Shown here piece by piece: positions 52,534 to 64,000 of a stretch of 64,000 bases of DNA. Numbering within the stretch: the stretch's first letter is position 1; each line of letters opens with the position of its first letter. The notes below the pieces were generated by a model that was not told where the DNA came from, did not search any database, and was given only the letters and a program-made list of their open reading frames with translations. Position numbers and translations under genes: made by a program. The DNA is from Camelus ferus (taxonomy: Eukaryota), in contig NC_045697.1 in NCBI RefSeq assembly GCF_009834535.1, forward strand, positions 90,894,001 through 90,958,000, in the 5' to 3' direction.

Positions 52534-53077
52534 TGTATTAGAGTTCTCCAGAAAAATAGACCAATAGGAGATACAGATAGATAGATGGAGATATATCTAA
52601 ATCTTTGAACATAGAGCTAAATCTATATATAGATATCTCCATCTCTCTATCTATAATGAGAGAATGATTAATTTTAAGGAATTTGCTTACATAATTGTGA
52701 GGCTGGTTAACCTGAAATGTATAGGGCTGACCAGCTGAAAATTCAGGTAAGAGTTGATGTGCAATCTTAAATCCAAAAATCTATGAGACAAATCAGTAGG
52801 TTGAAAACTGAGGCAAACATTTCTATGTTGTAGTCTTGAGGCAGAATTGCTTCCTTTTTTGGGAAACAGTTTTAACTCTTAAGATCTTCAACTGATAGGA
52901 TGACCTCCATCCCCGACTCCCACCTCCATTATGAAGGGTTATCTGTTTTACTTGAAGTCAACTGGTTGTAAATGTTACTCACATACACAAATACCTTCAC
53001 AGCAACATCTAGACTAATGTTTAGCCAAACAATTGGGCACCATAGACGAGCCATGTTGACACATAGTTAAGTATCAT
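52534..53077 (-). mobile_element. MLT2-type LTR
   Basis: tgtattagagttctccagaaaaatagaccaatagga...agccatgttgacacatagttaagtatca. Confidence 0.75.
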
Positions 53078-53812
53078 GAGTTAAGTCTAATTTAAACTAA
53101 ATTCTGACTGCTCAAAAATACATGTTAGAAATATGTCAGTCTGATTTTTTTCATTTATGATGACTGAAATTCTAATTTACTTCAAGAGATTCAGTCATTT
53201 GAGGAAAATCTTTGAGCAGTGCATTTGCAATATATTTAGCCATTCTAATCACCAGTTTTGCTTAACACAAATTGGATTGTGAGATGATTCTGAATTACTT
53301 CATGGCAGTTGAAATAAGGTTTACTAAAACAATGCACACAAATCTGTGACGCTAAACAGCAAACACACTGGTGAACTCATTGCATTGCCGTAATCTTGCA
53401 TTTTCAATTTTGCTCCTAAAGACAGTTAACTTATACACAATGTGCATACTGTTCTATAATAAACGTGGTCAGTAATGAAGTGTTTTAAATTTAATATAAT
53501 CAGTTTTGTCTCTGACATCTCATCTACAACTTACACAAATGATTAACCAAGTTGTGCAAGTGATTTCAGGGTAACCTCCACCCAAATCTAGATTCTAAAT
53601 AAATTATGAGTTGGGCATGTGAGGATATTAATAAATGTGGATCCTGAACTTTAGTATTACATTGATGCTCTGTTATCAAACACATCAATACTTTGTTACT
53701 GATAAACTGAAGTAAAGCTAGTAATCATTTTTCAGATTTAGAACTATCAGTTTAATTAACAAAAGGTTATTCAGATTGTTAACTTTAAATAAAAAAAAAA
53801 ACTACATACCAC

Positions 53813-54426
53813 TGATGCAGGAAAACAGATGTGGGGCTGTGTCCTAGGTCTTAGTTGAGCCCCTGGGATGTGCCCCGCCAAGTGTGGGTCCTTGGCTTCA
53901 TGCAGGAAAGAATTCAAGAGCCAGCCACAGTTGAGTGAATTTATTCAGAGAGATACATTGAAAGGCAAGAGAAAGGCCACGAGGTGTCGGGGTTGGGTGC
54001 TCAGATTAAAAGTAGGTACACACTCCATACACAGAGTGTGGGCCGTCTCCGAAGAGGGAGAGACAGGGGCAGCTAGGAGGCACCGTGTTGCTGGTTTTTA
54101 TGGGCTTGGTGGCTTCATATGCTATTAAGTGGAAGCACCAGTCTAAGTAGCCTGGGGAAGGGGCTGGGATTCCCAGGAAATTGGCCATTTCCCACTCTTT
54201 GACCTTTTGTGGCTAGCCTTGGGGCTGCTGTGGCGCCTGTGGGCGTGTTATTCATCATGTTAATATAGTACAGTGGGCCTATGATGAAGCTCAGGATCTA
54301 CTAGAAGTTAAATCTCATCATCCTGAGCCTCAAGGCCTACTGGGGGTTGAATCTTTCACCATTTTGATGTTAATTGCTGTGGCATTCCTTGAATGGCTGT
54401 GCCCTGCCCCCTTCCATCCTGTCTCA
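53813..54426 (-). mobile_element. ERV1-class solo LTR, comparatively young
   Basis: TG...CA termini, perfect 4-bp TSD CCAC (53809-53812 / 54427-54430), minus-strand AATAAA at 53940-53945, raised GC and retained CpGs. Confidence 0.85.
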
Positions 54427-57181
54427 CCACCTAGAAAGATACTTAAAATATTTCTCTACCACTGCAAAGTAGAGGAAGGAAGGAATAATGTGTAGTCTGT
54501 CATGGAGTTGGCGGCCTTTATCTTATTTCCTGCCTCTGAGGTAGGTATTATTAGTCTCTCTCTGCAACTGAGGAAAATTAGGATCATAGAAATTCAGAAA
54601 CTTGCTTAAGGTCAACAGAAAGCCTCAGACCCCGTTCAAGGCCTCAACTTGTTCCACCACAGACATAGCTGAAACAGAAGGAATTAAAATGCTTGCTCCT
54701 GCATTTCTTACATGAAAAAGGTTATTTACTCCTATCTTATCTTGCTTTGTCTTCTTTAGCACAGTTGTAAGGACAAAGGTCTTCCCGCCTACAAATAAGG
54801 CATTTCTTTCCAGGCAAGTGCCACAAGAGGGGCTGTTCGTTATGCTTTTATTACATTGCAGTTTGTCATTGGTAAGATCGAATTTAAACTTCCTTTTTTA
54901 TAAATTACCGCTGGAGTAGGCTAGGAACTGAAATTAGTGCCTCTGATGGGAGTGGTAGGCCAGGGGGCCATAGTGGAAGGGAGCAAAGGATTCCCTGGGT
55001 AGGATTTCAAAGGCATTGATGAGTGTTTTCAGTTGTAAGGAAAAAAATTTCCTCCATTTTCTTTTGGTTCCCTCTTTTATGAAGCCTGTAAGCAGTTGTT
55101 GCTGCAGAACAGCTTTGATTAGTTAGGCACTCAGGTCAAGGTTGTACTCTGTTGTTTATGCTTTCATCCAGTTGTGAAGACAAATCTGTATTTTGCTGTC
55201 ATATAGCATTGCTAGATATAAATCAGACTGCATGGTTCTATCCTTGAATTGTATCCATCAACTGAAAGGGTGCTAGAAATCATCTAGTTCAGTGGTTTCC
55301 CCACATTTTTCTTTACAGCACAAAAACCTCTTGAAACTCTTACTTGCAAGCCCACAAATGAAACCAAGAAAAGGTGCTGCCCTGATAAATTCCTAGGCTC
55401 TCTACTCAGTTCTTAATATTACTTTGGAGCCCTGTTTAAAATGTATTGCCATTAGTCTTCCCTCTCATTTTATGAACTTACGTAACAAAAAGTTTTGAGC
55501 AAATACTGTTTAGCCCTGAACTAAATTTGGGAAACTGGGCCTAAAATATGGGTATGCTCTGGTCCCTGGCTTATCAAGGGAGACAGATGATTATAACACA
55601 ACATAGTAAATTCAGCAATACAGAATCACCTGTGTTAATATGGTGGCATGGAATTGGGGTTGCCTAATTCAGTCTGGAGGCATTGAGTCTGAACCTGAGT
55701 CTCCAAGACTGAGCAAATTAGCTAGGAAGGTATTAACTTGGGAAGGTGTGGGGAAGAGTATAATACAGAATGAAGAATGGAGTGGGCAAATACCTAGGGT
55801 GGTTCTGGGAGTTACAAGTGGTTTTATGCAGCAGGTAGTGCCGTGGGAACTGATGAAGAGGGCCTAAACCTTGTCTTGAAATAGGGAGCAGGGAAATTCT
55901 GAAGGTCTTTAAGTAGGGAAACAAAGAAGTCAAATTTGTTTCAGATTGCCAACAGGGACCATGAACCGATGGAGGCAGGAAGACAAGTCAGGAGAGTATA
56001 CAGCAGTGGCTCTCTGAGCGAGAACATGAGTCATCACTAACAATGCTATGTAGCAAAGAAATATGCAAATGTTTACCAGTCTTGTTACACCAAACTTCAC
56101 AATTTGGTTTAGCTGGGATATAGTAAGTATGCAGATATAGTAAGACAGAAAAATCTCTTGAGAATAAACCAGTGTTCACAGCACCTCAAGTGCTCTCTTG
56201 AGTGGAGTGATCACTGGCAGACCAAATGTTGTTATTAGTGATGGTAGAACAAATGCAAAGTCTGACTCACATGTGTGAGAAAGTACAGGCTTTTCTGACA
56301 TCGCCTGGGAGTGATGAGCCTCGCCTACTAACAGTAAAGAGAAGTTGGGTGGGCCTTACTTGAACTTTCTTTCCACAACAAATACATCATAATCTGTGAT
56401 TAGTACCATCTACCAAATTGATAGCTGACCTTAATGGAACATACATACTCAAAAGCAATCTTTGAGCATTTGCTAGTTTTAATTCATTAGAGGAAAAGAA
56501 CCATCACATTTAATGTTTATTTCCACTATGCCCAAAGCAATTTATACATTTTATATATTCTGTATTATAGTAGTACCAGCTTACTCGAATCCATAAAAGC
56601 ACTGTAAGGCTATACACTGTGTTAACGTGAAAGTGGCATCTATTTCTAGCAATGTGCTGCACTTCTTAGTTACCAATAGAGGTAAATGGACTTGGGTGAG
56701 GAGAGTCTGATTTATGTCAAGTTTTCTAGAGAACAGTTTTCTCCAGTACTAGTTCAATATATTAACTTTAGCTTTCTGGGTTGTGGATAGAGGCAGGTAA
56801 AGTGTCAGATTCTGCATATTTAAAAAAAGGCAGGCAGAATGACTATCAGGAAAACATAAACAGCCTTAGCACCAGTCAAGTTTTTAAAAACTTGATCTAT
56901 AACCTGAATGGGTTCGCTTCCTAATGGAGACACTGGCTGGTACACACAGTATAGACTTTATTTGGGAAACATGCCAACTTGGAGATGTTATCAAAAGAAA
57001 AAAAACTGAAAATAAAATTTCATTATTTAAAAAAATCACATATTAATTTTATGTGAAATCTCCTGATTTTTAACTCAGAAATGCTATGGAAATTTCGGGA
57101 ATGATACAAAACCAAATACAGGGAATCAGACCAAAGTTATCTAAGGTTAAGGTCCATTTCAAGTAGATGACAAAGACAATA

Positions 57182-57403
57182 CAGTTGACCCCCACCCCCA
57201 CCCCCCCGCACATCTTTTGGGGGTTTAGAGATGCTGATCTCTGCTGAATGAAATTCCCCTTATGGCCCTCCGGATCTGCAGTTCCACATCTGCAGATTTA
57301 ACCAAGTGTGGATCGTGAAGTACTGTAGTACTTGTTTATTGAAGAAAACCTGCATGTAAGTGGTCCCACACAGTGCAAACCCTTGTTGTTCAAGGGTCAA
57401 TTG
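57182..57403. mobile_element. Tigger2/MER8-like MITE
   Basis: TA + cagttgaccc ... gttcaagggtcaattg. Confidence 0.75.
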
Positions 57404-58622
57404 TGTAACATGAAAAGATTGTTGTGGTGTTTCTCAAAGGACCCAATCATAAGAATTACCCAAGGCACTTCTTACAAATAGTCTGAGATCCATTCTCTTT
57501 CAATTCTGGCTCAGTGGGTGGTAGCTTTGGACTGGCAACCAAAAAATTTGTATTTAAAGCACCTCAAGTGGTTCTAACAATCAGGCAAGTTAGGGAAATA
57601 GTGATTAAAGGGGAAAACAACAGCAGAAATACCACCACAGCTCCCATCCCCTTACTCAGTGACTGCCCATCAACTTACCTGAGAATGATAACACTCAACT
57701 GAAACTGAGGAATTGTCCATAGAACACTGTTTATTTCAAGTCCAAAACACAAAATTACTCATTTTTTTTAAACAGATTCCATAATTTTTACGCATGAATA
57801 TTTAGGGTTTCTCTATTCACAAGTGTAGGTTTTCTTAACTTTAGGCTCAAATGATTCATACATATACCAGCTTACTACAGAGGACATGTACTTTAACAAA
57901 TCTGTTTAGAAAACATTTTACATAAAAACACACAAAGCATTTACCAACACTCTTCAGTCGTTCCAACCAGTCTTCAGCAAAGATTTGGCTGAAGGTCATC
58001 ATTTTCTACCAAACATTCCAAGACTGAATATAACAGAATGTAGTATTTTACATACTTTAGCTTATTATTGCAGTTAAAAGTTCCTCTTTCTTTGATGGCT
58101 TCTACATATATTATACTCATAAAGCAGAATTCTTTAACTGGTGACTTATTAAATAAAGTTGTCTTTTTGGTGTAACTTGTCCCCAACTGAGAACCTAAAT
58201 AGTCATGATGAACTCAAATAATGGACATATATTGGACTTTTAGTAAGGGCTTTTCCAAACAATAGAAGAATTTAATACCTATCAGTATAAGATCCTTCAT
58301 TGTTTTGTGTTCAATAACTACACCTGGAGTACTATTACTGCTAGTATAATCAGTTGGCATCAAAATATAAAGTAAAAATATGTACATTTTAATATATCAA
58401 TTCTTACCTGAATAATCTCAGATCTCTTGAGAACATTCCACAAAGTGGAATTTCTTCCTAAAGTTACAGTGAATGTGGTACAATGTGTACAACTTGGTTA
58501 ACCAGTGTCTGCCTTTCGTTTCCAAGATTTTTCCTTATCTTGAATCAAATGCACAATCTTGATCATTTCATAATCCACTGGCTTACAGTTTGTATATAAA
58601 GTTCAACTCAAGCTTATTTTGG

Positions 58623-58642
58623 TTTATTGTACATGCTTTATT
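58623..58642 (-). terminator. PGRMC2: PGRMC2 proximal poly(A) signals (two AATAAA)
   Basis: tttatt at 58623-58628 and 58637-58642, about 1.16 kb past the stop; further candidates at 57730-57735 and 56516-56521. Confidence 0.6.
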
Positions 58643-59798
58643 AAAATGGTATGGGTATTTACAGTATCTGCAGAGTCCCTTCCAAGGTGCTCTCACACAC
58701 TCAGACACACCCATACAACATCCATACTCCAGCCCCCTGTACCCACACCAGTGAGATGTGAGAGTCAGACTCCCAAAATTAGGCAGCTGTTGGGGGACAG
58801 AGTTGTTGATTTGTTTTTCAATTTTCTTTGAAAAGAGAAAAGCATGGGGGAATGCATTTGGCCATTACAATGCTAATTAAGTTTGTATGTATTAACATAT
58901 ATGGCAGTAACACTGAATATTCCTTTTACATTCTATATACACAGAATGACATCAAGGTTTTGCAGTCAACAGAATATTCCAACTTCAGTCTCATTGCTGC
59001 TTGTAGTGACTTCTCAATTCACACAGGGGCTTTCCCTAAAAATAATTCAAGTCTATGTAAGTGAAATAAGGCACAATTAATATTGATTTGATCCAGGGGA
59101 AGGAAAGGGCTAAAAACTAGTTTCAATCTTACAGTTGGAGAATTAGCTTTGACTTAAATCCACTTGAAATCCCTTCTCCTAATTTCCAAAGATTTCTTAG
59201 AAATAGGGTTTCTTTTTTTTTTTTTTTCTTTTTTTTTCTTTTAATCCTTCTTTTCCCTGATAAAACCCAAAAAGAAAAGTCTGGGAATTCACATTACAAT
59301 ATTTCAGTAGCCCTAAGTACTCGAATTGATGTGGACCCCCAACTCTGCGGGCCAGGTTTTCTCCCTCCTTCATTGCTAAAACAAAACCACAGCACATGAA
59401 ATAGGAATCCCTTACTGTTTTTTGAGATTTGTACACATAAGTAGCAAATACATATCAATTTGTCTTCGATTAAAAAAAAAAAAAGGAAAGAAAGAAAAAA
59501 GAGAAAAAAGGAAAGAGTAATCTCATCACTTTCTTGCTCTTTAAAAAAATCCCTATCTTCTCCTTTTCAGGATGAAGAAGCCCCACCAGACATTACAAAC
59601 AACTGCAACAAATGAGTTTGGCAGCATAAATAATGTCTCGTATTTGAATCTTCATAGTGAGACTCATTTAGCTTGCACAGACAATCTGTTGAATGTTTTT
59701 TTGCAGCAGGTGAACCAAACCCAAAGATGCTGGACATTCTGTGAGAGGGAGTAAGAATTGCAGTTCTGAAGGCCCCTGACTTTGGTTGTTTACAAAGT

Positions 59799-59896
59799 TC
59801 AATCCTGTTTATTGTGATCCTTGGTATCCTCTTCATCTGTATATTCTGATGGTTCTTCCCCTGGTTTTAGGAGTCTGCCTACATAATCATATTTTT
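59799..59896 (-). CDS. PGRMC2: PGRMC2 exon 3 coding part (EKYDYVGRLLKPGEEPSEYTDEEDTKDHNKQD*)
   Basis: Minus-strand acceptor tgtatctttcag|AA; 98 nt ending in TGA (plus-strand tca at 59799-59801); phase fits exon 2. Confidence 0.96.
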
Positions 59897-61222
59897 CTGA
59901 AAGATACATCAATACAAAATCAGTAGTGATCAAATTTATTTCACTATTTCATTATACAGCAAGGAAGGTGTTTGCCTCTTTTAGAATCATATAGAACAAG
60001 CTAAGTTTTTCCTATTGTTTACCTTGTCTGGTCTTTGTACTCAAGTAAGGCTTGAACAGAAGAAAACAGGATCAGGGAACTTATAAAGCTTGGGAATTGT
60101 GCTTTGCAGAAGAGTGTTCCATATCAAGGATAGTTCTTAATCAAGGATACTGCATCAGAATCACTTGAAGATCTTTTTTAGAAATATGCATGTCCAGGAT
60201 CCACCTTGGAGCCACCCATTCCAGGCTCTTGGAACAGGTTTGGGGACATGTACTCTGAAACTGGTTTAATGTGCACTGTGAGTCTCAGAATAGTTCTTTA
60301 AATCTTAATAGCCCAACGTATTGTAATTAAAGAGACAAGCTGGCAATATATGGAATTTCCAACAGTTATTTGAAATCTATAAATATACTGGATTTTGTGT
60401 ACAACTCTAGTTTGGACTAGAGAGGACCATAAAACAGAAAATGGTGACTTTCTTGGGACAGAGGAAGTAGGGAGAAGAGTACATGGGGTGGAAAATCACA
60501 TGGAAAGTGGATCCAACCAAGAATTATTCTTGGGGAGAAGATGTGACATATGTGAGTGGTCACCAAGAAAACAAACCAAATGAGGAGATGAAAATTAATT
60601 TACTTATTACCCTGTGTTCTTTGAGATCTCAGTGAGTGGCCCCTAGTACATTATTGTTCTTTCTCCCATCAAACTCTCTCCTCAGATCTCTGTTACATTG
60701 CTTGTTTTATGTTACTAGGTGTTTAATTTAGAACATTGTTATGTCCAAGGTGACATACCCAAGGCTGAGTCATTTCCTTATCAAGAATTTGAACCTAGGT
60801 TAAATGAATCAATTGAAAAACCAAGGGGATGAGATAGGAGGACTGCTTCATACAGCAGAACCAGTCTAAGAAAGTGCCAAGAAGCCAGAACTGTTCAAAG
60901 GGATCCACAGTCATTTAAATAGTTGTCCAGAGTGTCACAGAGGTAGTAATATGTGATGTCACAAGGATATATAATAAAGGGGAATAACATTTTTTTCTTT
61001 ATAGTTTGAAGGTAAGATCAATAAAATCATTTTGGAATAAACTTAAAATTATAGTATCAATATCAGTAATCAATTCAGTTTTAACTATAAGCCTATGTTT
61101 TAAAAAGTATACCTTAGTGAACAAACCTTTTAAGACTAAAGGTGTCGTAATTTTTGTAAATTTTAGATTCAATATTTAAATATGGATTTTATAAATAATA
61201 ATCACATGTAACAGTCATCGAA

Positions 61223-61305
61223 TAATGATGGGGATTAAAATAGGTGGTATCATTAGGCTCTTAGTAATGATGGGGATTAAAACAGAAGGTATCATTAGGC
61301 TCTTA
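61223..61305. repeat. 42-bp tandem duplication in PGRMC2 intron 2
   Basis: taatgatggggattaaaa(taggt/cagaa)ggtatcattaggctctta at 61223 and 61265. Confidence 0.9.
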
Positions 61306-61381
61306 AAGAGTGATGAAATAGCAAGTACTTTCTTTGGCCATAAATTTAATATTTGCAAAAAGAACCCGACAAAAAAGGTAC

Positions 61382-61537
61382 CTTTAAATTGCATTTCCCA
61401 TTCTCGAACGCTTTCCATTTGTACGGCATTCAAATCTGAGAGATCATCGTATTCATCTTTAAGTGCATCTTTATCTAGGCAAAATGTTGCTAGTCCTCTG
61501 GAGGCATCCCTACCAGCAAATATTCCATATGGACCCT
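61382..61537 (-). CDS. PGRMC2: PGRMC2 exon 2, cytochrome b5-like heme/steroid-binding domain ([51 protein letters not shown])
   Basis: Minus-strand acceptor ttttcttccctag|AG and donor AAG|gtacct; 156 nt; [17 protein letters not shown] distinguishes PGRMC2 from PGRMC1; the LARP1B-PGRMC2 convergent arrangement matches known mammalian synteny. Confidence 0.96.
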
Positions 61538-62740
61538 CTAGGGAAGAAAAGAAATTATTTAGATTACCTAACAATACTTTAGAATGTCTCAAAGAAAAAA
61601 GTCAAATAAAAGAAACCTCATGACATATTTGGTGCAAACCCTTAATTTCAAAACATGCACAGACACTAGATGCAATAATGAGAAGAAATTTCTTGGAAAT
61701 CTGTCTTTTGACCAAAGTAAAGTGTTTCACTAAAAATTTAAACTTTAAATTTCAATTATTTCAGATACTCAAAAACATATTCAAAGATTAAGACTGTGAA
61801 GTATTAGGGAGAAGAGGAAACTTGAACAGTCTGGTTTGGAAGCCAGTTTTCTTGAGACGAAATGATGCTTTACTGATTACTGTTAATTAACTGTGGCATC
61901 TAAAAATAATCAACAGAACATCGACTAGATATGTATATGGCCATAAGGAACAGTTTTTTCAACTGACACAAAATGATTAGCATTTTGTCCAAGGAATCAG
62001 GAATCACCCTGTCTAAGGAGGAACAGCTAACAGAAGTGAGCCATTCCCAAAGTTTGTCCTTGAGGGCAGAAACTGTCTCGCACTTCTCTGTTGCCTCAGT
62101 GCCCAACACAGTGCCTGACATGAAGTAGGAACATAATAAATTTCTTCATATGAATTAACTGCAATTTCAAATAAGGAGAAACTCTAGATTTTGACCCTTT
62201 AAAAAGATTCACTTATGGTAAAATCTCCACCCCAATTCATGATGATAAAGACATTTCACTTTTTAAAAACACATATAATAGACAAAATCCAAACAGCCTA
62301 CTTTTCTATATCAAGAATTTGGTTACATAAATTATAGCACATTACTTTAATGGAATGGTATATAGCTATCAAAAAGAATGAGGCAACTCTACATGTACAG
62401 GCACAGAAAGAAGTCCATGACATATTAACTAAAAAAAGGAATTCAGAAGAGTATATAGTATGACTTGCTCTGAATTAAAAAAGAATATACACATACACAC
62501 ATTTTACCCATGTTTGTATATGCATTGAAAAACATCAGGAAGAATACAGACCAAGTACTTAACAGTGGCAATGTTTCTGGGGAGGAGAGAATTCTACTTC
62601 ATACAATTGGTTAAGTCTGGCCATTTAAAAAATGATTTTTATAATACAAATCTTTTAAGGGTTAATTTTGTCTTCATCTTAGGCCGCAGAGAGAGGACCA
62701 CTTAAATTTCCTGTTTAAAATGTTTTAAGAATTACACATG

Positions 62741-62888
62741 GTGGGGGGAGGGTATAGCTCAGTGGTAGAGTGCATGCTTAGCACACACGAGGTCCTAGGT
62801 TCAATCCCCAGTACCTCCATTTAAAACAAACAAACAAACAAACAAACCTAATTACCCCCCCCAAAAAACACAAAAATCCCCTTAAAAA
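62741..62888 (+). mobile_element. tRNA-Ala-derived SINE (vic-1 type) in PGRMC2 intron 1
   Basis: ggggagggtatagctcagtggtagagtgcatgcttagcacacacgaggtcctaggttcaatccccagtacctcca, (CAAA)n, C-tract, TSD-like cacatg on both sides. Confidence 0.85.
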
Positions 62889-63864
62889 AATCACATGCTA
62901 ATAAACAAGATTTCTAAAATAACATAATTTTACAAAAGAAAATACTGTTTTCCTGAGTCTTAAAGTTATCCATATATGACAAAGGTAATTTAGAGAAAGT
63001 AATTTAAAAACCAGATTTACTGGTTTAACTATTATGAGCAACAGAGTAGTCAATAAGAGAGCTTATTGTCCAGTTAACAGAATAAAGTATTTTCTAATAA
63101 GTATACAAGTTAAAAAAAAAGGAAATTCCTTGATTTTTAAATGAGCAAAATAATATTTATAGCCATATTCATATTTGAAAGCACTTAGGAAATTGAAAGT
63201 TATGTGTCAGAAAACTGTCTCTTTAAGAATAGAATTCAAGAATTTACTTGGAAAAAAATCTTAACTTTTATGAGCATTAATTTGAACTTCAGAAATTACT
63301 ATGCCATAAAGTTCTCTGAAAAGTTTATTGCATGAAATCAGAAGTGGCATTAGCAACAAATTTAAAAATATATTTTAAAATATCTTTTTATCTAAATAAA
63401 TATATTAATATCTAACATTAGATGTTACCTAAAATAAAGGTAATACTTCTAGTAACATACTTTTTTATTTTGCTTTTCCAATCTTAATTATTTTCCATAC
63501 TGCTACTTAATATTAGGTGACTATCACAATTAACATTTAATAGTTATATATTTTCCCACTGAATGGCTATACCTATAATTTATTTAACCATTCTCCTATT
63601 AATATAAACTTAGGCTACCATTTTATATGTTTAAACTTGTCTTCTATATAAGAAAATGGGACACTTTCAATTAACAATTGGGCAACATTTACAGCTTTCA
63701 AACTTTGCCCATTATCTCAACTGGCATTCAAAAGGGTATGATGAAACATTTAAGAGAAAGAAACTCAATACTGTTTGTATTTACAGAGTAAAATCTGAAG
63801 ATCTTTCATTGGAGTTGATTATTTTGGAGAAACATTAACTTTTAAAACTAAGCAAGGACATCAT

Positions 63865-63889
63865 ACACACACACACACACACACACACA
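63865..63889. repeat. (AC)n microsatellite
   Basis: Seen directly. Confidence 0.9.
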
Positions 63890-64000
63890 ACTAGTGCGAT
63901 TTTTTTTTCTTGAGAAACAACAAAAAAAATCTTTGAACATTATATAGGCTCTTAATGCTGATTGAATCAGTGCTTACAAACTTAAAACAGTGAATCAAAC

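Noticed and set aside
61223..61305. CRISPR-like or other prokaryotic repeat array
   Set aside because: Only two adjacent units with no spacer; the whole window is spliced eukaryotic DNA with no operons or cas-like ORFs.
61225..61623. 132-aa plus-strand ORF antisense to PGRMC2 exon 2
   Set aside because: A shadow frame of a real exon extended by the 42-bp duplication, with no recognisable domain or splice support.
62741..62819. tRNA-Ala(AGC) gene calls for the SINE heads (also 15291, 17821, 25472, 26074, 41222)
   Set aside because: Stems are disrupted, and each copy has an A-rich tail, most with a C-tract and several with TSDs; these are retroposed SINEs.

Overview
AT-rich mammalian genomic DNA, most likely from a camelid (alpaca/vicuna/camel), judged by six tRNA-Ala-derived SINEs of the vic-1 type. 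It holds the 3' ends of two convergent genes. LARP1B is on the + strand: seven coding exons from 12441 to 30625 including the DM15 cap/TOP-binding region, with a poly(A) signal near 31609. PGRMC2 is on the - strand: exons 2 and 3 at 61382-61537 and 59799-59896, with several candidate poly(A) signals. Exon phases were checked by hand and join in frame. Most of the rest is transposon debris: ancient and younger L1s, a near full-length Tigger1, Charlie1/MER MITEs, MLT and ERV1 LTRs, L2 and MIR. The most striking feature is a pair of ancient, oppositely oriented intronic L1MC-like copies (8841-9890 and 18434-19484). They are about 99.7% identical over 1.05 kb, while the homologous sequence just outside that tract is heavily diverged. 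This points to recent gene conversion creating a near-perfect inverted repeat around two LARP1B coding exons and a frameshifting cryptic micro-exon, a candidate dsRNA, circRNA or exon-skipping switch; an assembly artefact must be excluded. No prokaryotic-type systems are present. Repeat family names and human protein comparisons come from memory, not from database searches.
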